DNA of 64,000 nt from Amphiscolops sp. MND2022 (lineage: Eukaryota), in the NCBI GenBank assembly GCA_964187785.1, contig OZ076417.1:17422001-17486000 (forward strand), in the 5' to 3' direction. Each line of letters opens with the position of its first letter. Position 1 is the first letter of the stretch. Both the position numbers and the translations under genes were made by a program. Under the pieces are notes generated by a model, which saw only the letters and a list, made by a program, of their open reading frames with translations, had not been told where the DNA came from and made no database searches. Below, piece after piece: positions 20,023 to 33,300 of this stretch.

Positions 20023-20821
20023 GACAAGAAGATTGAACGTTTCTAACAGTGAATTTTGCAATTGATCAAATCAAATCAAAGAGGTTGTATATAGCGTTTC
20101 AATATCAACAAAGTGATCCTCTAAACATCGGACTCCTTGTATATATAGTTGGGGGACCATGACAATCATTATTTGGGGTGTCATGGTAATAAAAATACAA
20201 ATGATGTCATAACACTATAAATAACTAAGCGCAGACATGACGTCATATTACATCATCAACTATAAATATCAATAGAAAGGGTTATATCAATAACTGGTAA
20301 CACTAGTGGTTACATGTACGCAATACTACGTTACGTCGTGATAGCTATACTAAGGTATTGCATGAAATAACATGTTGACCTAATGTCAGATTGACTGCAC
20401 TAAATAACTAAGTTGGTACTGTTTGTCAAATATAGATGGTTTGTGACCCAACGTCAAAATGACTATAGCACTGTACTGGTACTTAGCGTTAATAGCACTT
20501 GAGATTAAATATAGTTGTTGACAGGACGTCAACATGACTAGAGCGTATTCCCTCTAGCCCCATATCAGGCGTCAAGTGAATACCGTGAGTATATTGATGC
20601 GGTCAGTTTGACCTTAAGTCCAAACAGTAGAATATCAGATTTCATGGTCAGGCTATTTACTAAATACTACTAAAATCAACGAATACATGTAAAATGGTAA
20701 TTAACATTGTAAATGAGTTATTTCAGTTTCTATATTGGCAATACCCCGGGTCCGGGGTTAATTTGACAGTTTTGAGGCATGATTTGATACAAAATGCCGT
20801 CACAGGCGGCAGCCTGTGACA
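19371..20821 (-). repeat. 5' LTR (1451 bp) of the 16-kb Gypsy element
   Basis: TGTCA/TGACA termini, abutting PBS TGGTGACAGGAG on the minus strand. Matches 4730-6180 except at 20269 and 20272 (by-eye comparison). Confidence 0.96.
20140..20147 (-). promoter_or_regulatory. Candidate LTR TATA box (TATATATA); second copy at 5499-5506
   Basis: Lies about 120 nt upstream of the gag ATG, downstream of a U3 containing a TGACGTCA (CRE-like) motif. Confidence 0.45.
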
Positions 20822-21799
20822 TCCATGAAACAGATTTTTGAACCTTGTTCATTATTCACATTTTTCTCAATTATTATTTCATTTTTCTCAATTCACTCTT
20901 GCTTGGGTGGAGATTTATCGCAGTTTAAAAATTTTTTCATTGCAGCTGAGCGTTTATCATGTTTCCGCCATTTTTTTGCAAAATTACTTCAGTAACGTTA
21001 AGAATTGAAAACTAGCGTCATCTCAACTAAAAGCGGTGATCACATTAAACAATAATTCCGTGAAAAATTCAATTCAAAAAGATCCAAACGTTCGAAGTTG
21101 GCTCAATTACAACGCAGGCCTTTTGTACGGTAAAGACAAAAAAACAGTAGTAGCGCTTTTCTCGAATTTTGGTCAATATTGGGGATTTTAAAACTGTTTC
21201 TAAATTCCTATTACTAGCAGAAATTCTTGGTGAACAGAATTTCGAAAAGACACCATTGCAACTATTATTTTCACTCCAAATATTAAGAATAACAATCAAA
21301 TTTAACTGGAAACGTCCTTTTTTGCTTGCTCTGTAATTTCTTATCACAGTTTTCAGACGAGTAAAGCCTTTTGCGACCATTCGGACTGAAATTTGAACGA
21401 ATTGACAGGTTATTTTAATTTTTTCCCGAAAATGTGACATACCTCTTCGTTGTTTTTTTTTGGAAACGTTATACGTCGGAGCGCATTAACCGGAGCGTTC
21501 TCCTTTTTCGAAAAAAATTCCCCAAGGTCGCACTTCATCTCGGTGTAAGTTTTACTTGCTGCCAGATATTGTTTCGATTGTTTTTTTCTGCGACGAAATC
21601 CTAAGTACTTGACACTTGTGAACGGATTTAACATTAGCCATACGAAAGTTATATGAATCGAAGGAACAAGAAGCCCGAGGAACTTTTTATGGAACTTGTG
21701 TTGCGAGAACTTTTGTCGTTACGAGGAAATTGGCCGTTTCGCAAGGTTCTGCTAAAAATTTTGTGACGAAACTTGCGCTCCGATAAGCACCTTAATTAT

Positions 21800-22181
21800 A
21801 AACAAGCCGGGAACGGCCCAAGTCGGCGCCATATCTAAGGCTCAAAAAGACTCGAAAACCACTTTTTCTACAACTGGAGACAACAAAAGCTCTCAAAAAA
21901 CTAAAAATTGAGGAAAAAAAATCCGAATTTTTTTTTGAATTTTTTTTCGAAGTTTCCGGTAAGTCGCATAGTGCCGAAAAATGTAAAAGCGGGGACGCTT
22001 TTTATCTCATGTTAGACGCTTTGGATGCGTTGAAAATGAAATACTAAGTACATATGGTAAAAGTTGGTGAATGTGCATTAATTGGATTAATGCACAAAAA
22101 GTGGACGTTACGCGTTGAACCGACGAAAAAAAACTAACCACAGTAAGAGTCGGGATTTTCTTCGAAAACGCCGACTAAAAA
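21800..22181 (-). mobile_element. Non-autonomous Helentron-like (HINE/DINE-1-like) element
   Basis: Minus strand: TTTTAGTCGGCG subTIR folding with CCGACT, an internal body, then subTIR CGCCGACT, a GCCG-TTCC-CGGC hairpin and a CTTGTT end. Confidence 0.6.
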
Positions 22182-22389
22182 ACCTTTTTTTAAAAAAAAC
22201 ACCGAATTCCCTAATTAAAAGAGGCATCATTTTGTTTCCTTAAAAAGGCAGTGTGATTTTTAATAAAAACAAAAACAAACTAATGCATTAATTATAAACT
22301 TAACTAAAGCGGTAATCTCTCCAGCATTTTTTTCTATGTTCCGGTTGTTCCATTTCTTTCGCTATTTAATTTGAGAAGTGAACTTTATA

Positions 22390-22779
22390 TTAGCTTTTAA
22401 CTGTTTCAGCGGAAAATTTCTTTTTGACCAGACAAGATGGTAGACTATTCCACAGGGGTAGAGTCCTTATGAAGAAACTTTTTCTCATGAATTCATTAGA
22501 GATTTTTGTATTGCATACAAGTTTCTTCGTTCGACTGTGATTATTCATTCTAGCTGTTGGTTTTGTATTAGGACCACTGAAGGCTGGTAGTAGGTTATTT
22601 TGATATTTCCAGAAGTAACAACATGATTTATAGGCAAGAAAAATTCTTATTGGAAAATTCATATTGTGTTCAATTTTCAAATCACTAGATGAGTCCTGGT
22701 TTTCACGATTAAAACAGGCTTTTACACCCCAATTCAACTGTTTTGCAACTACAAAATTATTCAAGTATCTCGTCTCCAA
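22390..22779 (-). pseudogene. 3' fragment of a CR1/L2-type LINE ORF2
   Basis: C-terminal motif RKSFFIRTLPLWNSLP, typical of CR1/L2/Jockey-group RT C-termini. 5'-truncated. Confidence 0.7.
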
Positions 22780-23949
22780 GAAGTTCCTGGCGCGGAGAAA
22801 ATGGCCTTTAGCTTTTGGAATTGTTTCGTAATTTTTCTCTTTAAAGTACTCGGAGCAAAATTAGTGCTTCAAAAAAGTATCCTTATGTATTGTGACTTAT
22901 GGGAACCAATGTTACAAAAAGCGCTGCGAATATCAATTAACTAAATTCTCCAGCTACTCAAAATCATAGGATAATTTATTATGAACTTCACCGCCGATTT
23001 TATTGATGACTATGCACTTGAAAACTTTCTGACGGTTGGGGTAATGTCTTATCAAACTCCTCCACACTTCAAAGCACTGTACAGAAATTGTCCTAGTTTT
23101 TGCGAAATTGTCCAATGTCGCTGTGGATGTATTGGGAACAGTTTTCGTTCACACCTGCCTACATTTATCAGTTTGTCTGTCGGAAAAAGTTGGTTGTCCT
23201 TTCAACACAACTTTGCTTAGTGGTTGGGTAAAACATTCACTCGGAAAAGAAATTCGAATGTCGACCTCTCTTTCTGTTAACTTGAAAATTCTTGAAATTT
23301 AATTTACTGAAAATGTCGACCCTGCAAATTTCATTCTCGAAAAAGTGACGTTTTCATTATTAATCGATATATTAACGTGAACGACTTACAGTCCCTTTTT
23401 GACATTAGTTGATTTGGCGGACGGACAAACTGGACATAAAAACTTTGAAGAAAAAAAGTTACGTGAAAAGTTACCCATTTCACCCATAGGTAGTTTGAAC
23501 TCAACTGATGCAAATATCGCCGCCGTTAGCTGTATATGTTAAACTTTTCACAAGTTTGCGTGGGGTCCTTATTAACGCGAGCGGTACCCAAAGCTCCTTT
23601 GGAACATTGATCAGAGTAAATCAGACATTCTTGATTCTCAAGGACCTTGAATTTAAAATAGCTTTGTATTCTGTCATTTTATCACAAGTCCTCCACGGAG
23701 CGAAAATGTGAAAAAAATTTCAAGATTTCTAAGATGCAGGGAAGTTTTACAAACGTTTTCTCTGCATGATCCCTGAATTTTCTAAGTTTTTCAAAGACAT
23801 TTCCCTGCATGCATCCATGCAACGTGTGATTGAGGCTCGTTCAAAAACGTTCTTTGAGGCTCGACTAGGGGATAGTAAGGTTTTCATTCATAATTGTACC
23901 ACGAATGAGGATCAACCCTTACAACTAATGTTACAGAAAGTTTCACATA

Positions 23950-24660
23950 TTGTAACGGGACCCTGTGATATACCGAAATCAGCCGAGTTCGACGATTTAG
24001 AAGTTTTGACATGTTCAGAAATTTTGTCAAAAATTCTAATCCGATGTGTGACGTGGCACTGAGCATGTGATTGCTCTTTTCGCGGTTTCTACGAAATTGG
24101 CAGGTACTTCGACAAAAAAGAGCAAGAACGAGCAAAAACAGGGGTACGCCGCCATGACAGAAGCCAGAGACGGCAAGAACTTTTGAAAATAGACTCATTG
24201 ATTTTAACATTATGTTACCTTAAGTAGCGGAAACCAGTAAAATGAGTCTTTTTGCTTGTAGCTGTGTGGTTTGCCATATTCGTGCCTATTTTGATGTTTT
24301 TTCACTGGTTTTAGCTAGCTCGAGCGCTAGTTTTTGCAGTTTAGATCTTACTACCCATTTTAGACCTTATTCACAAGTCACCCTGGAATTGGAAATTTAC
24401 ACTGCTTATCCTAGGCGTTGTTTTTGAAGGTTGTCTAGACGGTGGTTGTGAAGAGAAAAAGCATAATGCCCGTTATTCTCAGCAGTTACAGATTGGAACA
24501 GGCCGGAGAGCATCCCTAGAGACGGCTCCCCTTCCTCGGGCCGGCTTCCTTAGGAGTACAAAATGGGCTGGCGTTATGGTGATTGGTCCCGAATCTTAAT
24601 CCATGGCATCAGTTCCTCCACCCTGAGTAGCGAACAAACGCTGAGCGCTTTTCTTTACAT
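23950..24660 (+). repeat. Diverged dispersed repeat (~700 bp), second copy at ~58236-58970
   Basis: Shared blocks such as gacatgttcagaaattttgtcaaaa, gatgtgtgacgtggcactg, gtagcggaaacc and ttagctagctcgagcgctagtttt. Both copies begin TGTAACGGG. Confidence 0.75.
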
Positions 24661-25622
24661 ATTTCCATTATAAACTTGATTGCTTTCCGCCGGAACGCGT
24701 ACAAAACGTACAACATCACAGTAACAAGATGAAATGGCGATCAAATGAAATCAACCTATGATGGTGCATTAATTTCCTTGTTTAACGGCTCTCAATTGAA
24801 AAAAAAACATTACCGTTTACGTGTTTTAGCTTGGGCCAATAAAGTAAAGATTGCATTCTTTGATTTTCTTAGATTACAAAGTCTAACGAAGGCCAAATCT
24901 ATGCCTCGATGATAATAGTGGACAGCTTGGTAATAGGATCATGTATGTAAAAAAGCAGGTTCTAACTGAAAAAAACTAAAAGTCTTTATCACCGAAGAAC
25001 CGATGAATTATCGCGGGACTTATCTCGTATTCAACTCAGCAGTCCAAAAATTCTAAAATCCACCTTAATCTGACAACCAAGACATGACATTTCCCCCTCC
25101 CCCCACTTTTGTGGTATCGCAGCTGTTCAGAAACAATCCATAGTTAGCATAACCAGTCTTATTCTGATTTTCAAGGACGTACATGTGTTCTTTTACTCTG
25201 GAACGAAAGATAGGTTTCAAACAAAACAGAGTAGAAATGCCAGAAAAATACCATCAACTCCTTCAAAGTGAAATTGTGGAAATGTATTTTGTATACAAGC
25301 ATCAAAACCGTATGTTGTAAAATTTCAAGTATTTTTCAAATTTTTTTCAGTCCACAGACATTGTTTCAATCTTTGTAACCTATCATTTCTCTATTTTTAA
25401 GAAAACAAAAAATAGAGAAATGATAGTTTAAAAATATTGAAACAGTCTTTGGACAAAAAATTAGAAAAATTATCATTTCTCCATTTTTCGTTTTCTTCAT
25501 TACTTTTCGACTTACTCAGGGAATTAAAAAATCTTGAATGTTTCTGAGCGGAATGTTTGAATGTTTTCCTCAAAACTTCAACAATTTCTGCCAGCAATTG
25601 CTGGCAAATTTAGGACAGTACC

Positions 25623-25790
25623 GGCTTGTCGGCATAGGGGTTAGAATGCTTAGAGACTGGAAGCAGGAGGTCGTGGGTTCGAATGCCGCAAGACCTCAAT
25701 TTTTTTCTTGTTGTCAATGCTACTCGGCATAGTGGTTAGTACGCGAGGTTGGGAAGCAAAGATTTGTATTCCAATCTCTCTCGGATCCAA
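25623..25790 (+). mobile_element. Tandem pair of tRNA-like SINE heads
   Basis: tcggcataggggttag...GGTTCGAATGCC, then tcggcatagtggttag...gtattccaatc about 95 nt later. Confidence 0.5.
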
Positions 25791-27371
25791 AGTTTCAAAA
25801 ATTTTCATTATACAGCTTACTTCTATCAGTTTCTGTTTTAATGTACTGAAAAAGAAATGCGCTTTATACCAGTTTTTGATTGACGTTGTACCCAAATGAT
25901 ATCAGATGTTGTCGCAACAAAAATGAGAGTTCGAGTCTAACTCGTGTCGAACGAATGTATTTTTTTTTCAAATATCTCTTCAATTGTACCGAAAACTGGT
26001 TTAGCGTATATATTTCACTATATATGAAACATTGGTATTGATTCTATTTTAGTCACGGAAAAAAGCCGGTCTTGGCTTTGAACCAGTTCAGAAACCTTTT
26101 CTCATTTGGAATTGAATCATGATAAACAAAATTTTTTAACAAACTATTTAAAACACTAAAATTGTGCTTTAAAACCAAACTTTACACGTTACTTTCGAAC
26201 TAAATTAGGCCTGGATAGGGAAAATGCGAATGTGTAACATTTTTGACTCGGCGCAATACGAAACATAGCTTCTTGAAAAATGATTGAAAACATACAATTC
26301 ATAACCTCTCCGATGTCTTGAAATACAAAAATTACAGGCTCGATAAATGTTTCCGAAGAATTCATTTCTCTGAAGCTTGGAAGATTACGTTTGTGTATCC
26401 GATAAGGAGCTTCTTCGGAAAAACAAACTAAAATCTGACCTTTAATTGATAAGTTTTTGAAAAAGAATATATTTGCAATGTTTCATTAGAAGAGACATAT
26501 TGTGCCTTGCAGTAATCTCAGGTAGTTTTCCATTAAGGCCCATCAATTAAATTTCGCTATCATGGCGACATGATTAGCCAATCAAAGCAATTCCGAGATT
26601 TTCCTTCATTGATTTTTCTATCTTTTTAATTGCTCTGAAAAAATGCTAGTACGAAATGAAGATGTCCGAATAGGTAACCAGACAAAAGCGCCCCGGCCAA
26701 AGGCGCTTTTGTCTACACACGGTACGAATGTTACAACCATCTTTTTTCATTTTTCCAAGAGACAATTCAAATCAGAAATCTTGGCTAGACTACAATTTAA
26801 GCTCGACTGGCATTTGGCGAAAGTACACTAGGCTACCTTAGACTCTTGAAAAGACTGATGTTTGCTTTTGGGAATTGAAGCGAAAAGTCAAATCAGACGA
26901 TGCAATATTATTTAAGCAAAATATAACAAGATTTTTGATTACAAGTAAACTTCAACAAGTTGAACTGTCTTTGAAAAAAGCAATTAAATTGATAGAAAAA
27001 GTATCCACACATCATTTGATCATTTGTCATTTTTAGCAAAAGATGAATTTGTTTATGGGAGCTATACAGAATTTTAAGGTGGAAAATACTTTCGAATCAG
27101 CTTACAGAATTTCCGGAAATATTTGAAACTCGCTAATTACCAAATTTAGGCACTTCCGTTCAGAGAGGGATGTTCCGATCCATGATTTGTATTTATGCTC
27201 AAAGGATTTGGAATAACTAAACCTTTTTTTGAATCGTTAGTTTTTCAAATAATTTTGTAATTAATAACCTAGGGCACTCTTTGTTGAATTTTTTGTTTTA
27301 GCTTTCCGAAAGATTATTTTTTTTAAAAAGCCTCTCCGTAAAAATTTTGAAAGGTAGTTTTTCTACTGAAA

Positions 27372-30300
27372 TTTGCATCTGATTGCCTCTCAAAGAATAA
27401 ACGGGATCGATGAGGCACAGATATTGTAAGAATTCGTATCAAACTTTGTAGAATCGTTTGTATTCATTACATATACAAAAACTCTAGCCGTGCCTGCCGG
27501 ATAGTGTTCTATGCTGCATTCTTGCATGCAGACTTTTTAAAAAAAACATGAAAAATTTGGGGACCTTGCATGAAAAATTTTGTGAATTTTCGGAGCAGTT
27601 TCCAAAAAAACTCAACGTATAAAAACTTACAAGTAGTTCATAGAATTTCTCTAAAAAACAACGGATCAAGAAAACGGGCGCTCCGAGCTACCTTAAGCCT
27701 CCAAAAAACTTGGAAAACTCATTCAAAAGCTTACTTTTATCGTAAGACCTACTGTACTTCATCGAGGAACCAAGTAACTAAAAAAGACAATTGAATCATC
27801 TCAAAATCAGACAATTAAGCACAAAAAAGACCATTCCCGAAGTAACTGTTTTTTTTCACTCTTTATTCGAACTTCACTAGCCCGAAACTACTTCTTCATT
27901 CGTAGCTTCAAAGAACTGAAACACCAGTTTGCACCTCTTTTTCGTCTAAAACTTGATTAAAATCTGCTCTCTATCTGCAAGGATGACGAGACATACTGCA
28001 TTTAAATATGACGCTAACCATAGTTTTCAACCAAATGGAAATTAAAACAAGTGTACTGACGTGTCATATGTTTGTCTTGGGATCAAATGGTGGACCTTTA
28101 GGGCTAGAAGTAGGTTTTATCCAAATTAAAAGCAAAAAACAATCAAGTGAAATGGTCTTCTTGGTGAAATAATTTAAAAAACTGCCCGAAAATTTTTAAA
28201 AAATCAAAGGTTGTGTCCTGTTGGTCCTTTTCGCAATTCAAATGAAAATTTAAAGTAGCCAAAGCCGGATCTTTTGAACTTTTCCGGATAATAGGTTGTG
28301 GAAAATGGTACCCATTCAGGTACAATATGTGGTCAGGAGAAAAACAACTAACTAGTCACTGCTACCTTCGCGCACATTTTACAAAGTGCGTCAACTAAAA
28401 ACATTTTTTTTGCTCAACCTTGTACCGTGTGGTTGTCAACGTATCGATTTTTTTGGAAAAGCAGTAATACAACTGGGAAGAAATGAACAAACAATCTCAA
28501 CATGCTAACATGAGCTAGCGGAGGGCATAAAATATATAGTATTTGTAATATAAAATCCTATGTAAATGCAACGTGTCTGTATTTTGGCGGTACAAAATTG
28601 TACGCATGAATATTGTCGGCAAAGTTCGTTCAATTAAAAATTTATTCATAGCTGAAAACAAATTTCTGCAGAGTTGAGTTAGTAATGACAACCGCCTAAC
28701 AAAATCGCGAAATCTGATTGTTAATTTGAATACAAATTAAAAATTTTTACCAATATAGAAACTTCGTCTAGTTTTAATTAAATTGAACATGGTTTTTTTC
28801 TCATGATTTTTTCGACTTCGATTTTCTCAACAGTAATTAAAATTTCTCAACAAAAATTCAAGCAACTTATTGAGCCTACAGACATGTGATTGGTAGGAAT
28901 TAAATTTCATTCATATTTCTAAAAAAATTGAGAGATTTGCCAAAAATGTGGTCATTGAGACGCCAGTAACTCACATGCATTGTTTTGTTTTGTTTAATTG
29001 TCCAATTATATAAAAAGTTATATCATATGACATAATAACCAACTTTTGTTTTTTTTCTGCTAGGCATTCTTAAAAGTCACTTTCAATTCGTCTTTTGAGC
29101 AAACTGATAATGAAAAGCCCAAAGGGCTACAAAAAAGCAGTAAACGGCTAAAGTCAGCGCGACATTAAGACTCAAAAAGAGAAACCTTTCAAATTTGTTA
29201 AATGGAATATGTTCATGAAAATTGTAAAAACCTTGCGGTACTTAGTAATATTCACAACGGGTACCCGTTGGATACAAAAATCATCTATCCTAACTGAAAA
29301 TAAGCAAGAAACCAAAGAGGGTCCATTTGGTTTCAAATAATTTTCAGGATCTGGTTAAAAATGAAATATTCAAAGGACTAAAATAATTTGAAATCTCAGA
29401 TTATATTCTTTAATGAAATACTAAATTTAATTAGGTTTTAGATCTTTATTGGACAAGATTGTAAAGCTGGACCGAACAGCATGCATTTTGGTTCGAGAAA
29501 ATGTTGTCGAAAGTGCAAAGTTTTAGCTGGTAATGAAGACTACTACTGGGTAAACATGCAAAAAAAACGAAACGCGCAAGAATTTGTTCACACACAAACC
29601 GTAGTATTTGTAAGCAAGGTCCAGAAATACAATTTGACTGACAGTCAATTGTTTAAATTGAACGCTTTTATTGGATAATTACATATTCAACCGAGGTCAA
29701 ATTTTCAGAAATAGTCTAGACATATTTACCAGTAATTTCGTTCTCGCTTCAGGTGTATGAAACTTGTTTTGCTTCCAAAGAAGTTGCCAATTTGAATGAC
29801 TGACAGCAGTGTTCCATGTTTCATTTTAAACAATTGATCACAAATATTCGAAGTTTTGCGAACTGAAATTTTTTAAGCGTTACATTTTGAAATCACCAAA
29901 TATCTTCAAGAAAAAGAGCGATAGTATTGAAATTACTTGAACATTTTAAATGCAATATACAGTCGCCAGCAACTTTTATTATAACTTTCTGGAACTCCTA
30001 CGGAAACTTTCATACAAAAGTACTTCATGTTGTATCTAAAGTTTATCAAGCTGTTTAAAATAAGTATGCCAATTTCGATGACAATTTTAGGCTTTGAAAT
30101 TTGGCAGGTTTTATTAGAATACAGCCTCATTTTTAGTAGCAACATAGTTGCTACAAATTTACCATTTTGAGGCAAAATGATTTCAGTCACGCAATAAACT
30201 GCAAATTAGCGTCATGTTTAGTGTGCTAATACTATTTGAGAAGCGCTGATCACATCAGATGGTTAGTCGTGAAAAAATGTTTGATTGCAGCGTGATCGTG

Positions 30301-33300
30301 TCGACAACAAAGTGAAAAAGTTTTCAATTTTTAATTGCAATAGTGTGAACTACAGTGCAATCGTACACGATTTACCACTGGAAGCTTACTGAATTTTCTA
30401 GGTTTTATAAAAAGTAAACATGCATGCAGATCTGCAGCATGTAAAAAGTTCCAACAGTGTCGACTAGAAAACAGTGAGAAGATTTCATTGTGAGGCGCAA
30501 ATGTCAACGTTCCTTATCGAACATTTTTTTCAATTTTCGCCGTCGACTCAGAGTATGATTTTTTCTGAGGTCTTTTAATTTGTAAATGACTGCCAATTGA
30601 TGGGAATTTCAGTGAAAGTTCCGGTAAATTCTTGAAAATTGTACTCGCTAACCTACAAAAACTTGTAAAAAGTACAAGCAGTTTCGACTAGGGTTGATGA
30701 GAGATTTCATGAATGGTAATTTTAAATACATGTAGTGGAATTTTTTCTAAAAGTGTTCGCTTTCGCTCGTAAACAACAGAGCGTTTGAATGTTAACATGA
30801 AAAATGAAAATTTTCAAAATTAGTTTGGTCTTCAACTATTCATCTCCGAACATGTAGCGAATGCACGACTTCGGTGAGTCAACTCGCCAGAAGTTTTCTC
30901 AGCTCTCATGAAGACAATTTTCTCAGATGAATTACTTTGGTCTACATTCAGTTTTTTCTATGATGTTAAGTTTGGCCTAAAGTTTGTCTAAAAACGCCTA
31001 TTGACATTGCTAGAATGTTTTGCATGTTCTTCAAAATTGCCAAGAACTTCTATTATGATTCTCAAACTCTCGAATATTTTCATGCGCAAATATTAAGTGT
31101 AAAAACAACGTTGACGAAGTGGGAAATCTTTTTTTAATTAAAGTTACAACACTAAAAGCTGCAGTGTAGTTCTACAATATTTACCAGCGGAAGCTTCCGC
31201 TTTCAACTTTTTATAAAATTTTTGGCATTTCTTATTTATTTCCAACTTTTTATAAAATAGTTCATTAACCTAGAAAATTACCCTGCATGCAGACCTGTAT
31301 TTTGTAAAAAGTTCAAGCAGTCTCTGGGGATTTCATGATGCTACGAATACAATCTCGAATTTTGAATCTTAGTTAATTTTCACAAGTCGACTTCAGTTGC
31401 CAACTCTGAAAATCTAAACTTCTCTAACCATTCGAAGCAAACTGAATTTGGCTTCAGTGATTTATTTTTTTTCAAAGTAGTTTCATCACACATACGTACT
31501 TTCAGTTTTTCGATACCGAATAGCTAACTGGGTATAATCTTATTGAAACTTTGGTAGAAATGGGAAATACGCAAAAAATAAAACCTTAAAACTTTTACAG
31601 TTTGAGATCTCTAAGTTTGTTGAATCCTTGGTACAATATACTCGGTACAGTTTCAACTTTTTTTTGTCACGTTTTCAATTATTACCATCATAAAGAAGTT
31701 TAATTAAAATTAAATTCAAAAATGGTGTATCTTTTTGAACAATCTATTTCGGAACAATGCAGCATGATTCATCAAAGATCATCAAAATTAACAAGAAAAT
31801 GAAACTTTTTCAACTGCAGAAGGAAGTAACTCGAAACTTAATGAAAAAACTTACGTGCTTGTATCAAGGAATAAAAAATGCCGTTTTTATTTCTGTCTCA
31901 ACGTTTCGATGAAAATAACAGTTCAATCCATTCGTTTCTGCAGAAATATCCACTGATAAACGAAAAGAATCAATCCAAATTGAATGGTAAGGGTTTTATT
32001 TCAGGAAAAATCCAACTAATACCACGGTTGGCGAGCGATATGAAATTTCCTGTTTGTATCGACGGATTTCAACCAATAAAATTTTTGTAAAGCGTTTCTC
32101 AGATTGGGCATGGTTAAAAATTGTCTTTGATCTACCCAATGAAATTATCTGGAGCTTTTAATGTTCTTTTCGTTTTAATTTCTTGTACCAACTGAGAATA
32201 TTTCCCCCTTTAATCAGGAAAAGCTTCCCAAAATGGCACGAAATCGAGGAAAAAAGTGAAAGTCAATCTGTCTATGACGTCAGCATTTACAAGCTAAGTA
32301 GATAAAAAAGTAATATAATTTTTTAAAAAATATATACATACCAGCTACTATGCTATGAAATTTCAATCAGATAGTTCTAAAAAATCAGAATTAGTCTTTT
32401 TTCTTCCAGCGAAAGTGCAAGCAGTTTTTCCTGCTGGTGGTAAATTTCCGATTTATCAATTAGCTATCAGTTTCGAATTCCTCTTAAACTGCCGTTAATT
32501 ACCAGCTGAAATTGTTGAAACAGTCAAATTTAGCGTTTATAGTGCTGAGAAAGTTCATTTTTTCGCAATTTTCGTCAACTTTTCCCCCGCAGCATGTAAC
32601 GATTCCTCATTATCGATTGGTCACAAATCTATGAGGTTAAAATTGTTACATTCGGGTTTGCATCTGATTGCCTCTCAAAGAATAAACGGGATCGATGAGG
32701 CACAGATATTGTAAGAATTCGTATCAAACTTTGTAGAATCGTTTGTATTCATTACATATACAAAAACTCTAGCCGTGCCTGCCGGATAGTGTTCTATGCT
32801 GCATTCTTGCATGCAGACTTTTTAAAAAAAACATGAAAAATTTGGGGACCTTGCATGAAAAATTTTGTGAATTTTCGGAGCAGTTTCCAAAAAAACTCAA
32901 CGTATAAAAACTTACAAGTAGTTCATAGAATTTCTCTAAAAAACAACGGATCAAGAAAACGGGCGCTCCGAGCTACCTTAAGCCTCCAAAAAACTTGGAA
33001 AACTCATTCAAAAGCTTACTTTTATCGTAAGACCTACTGTACTTCATCGAGGAACCAAGTAACTAAAAAAGACAATTGAATCATCTCAAAATCAGACAAT
33101 TAAGCACAAAAAAGACCATTCCCGAAGTAACTGTTTTTTTTCACTCTTTATTCGAACTTCACTAGCCCGAAACTACTTCTTCATTCGTAGCTTCAAAGAA
33201 CTGAAACACCAGTTTGCACCTCTTTTTCGTCTAAAACTTGATTAAAATCTGCTCTCTATCTGCAAGGATGACGAGACATACTGCATTTAAATATGACGCT

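Larger units (their letters stand above)
4730..20821 (-). mobile_element. Full-length, young Ty3/Gypsy LTR retrotransposon (16,092 bp) with accessory genes
   Basis: Direct repeats 4730-6180 and 19371-20821 (offset 14641), each bounded by TGTCA...TGACA. TSD TCCAT at 4725-4729 and 20822-20826. PBS next to the right-hand LTR. Intact gag and PR-RT-RH-IN pol on the minus strand. Confidence 0.97.
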
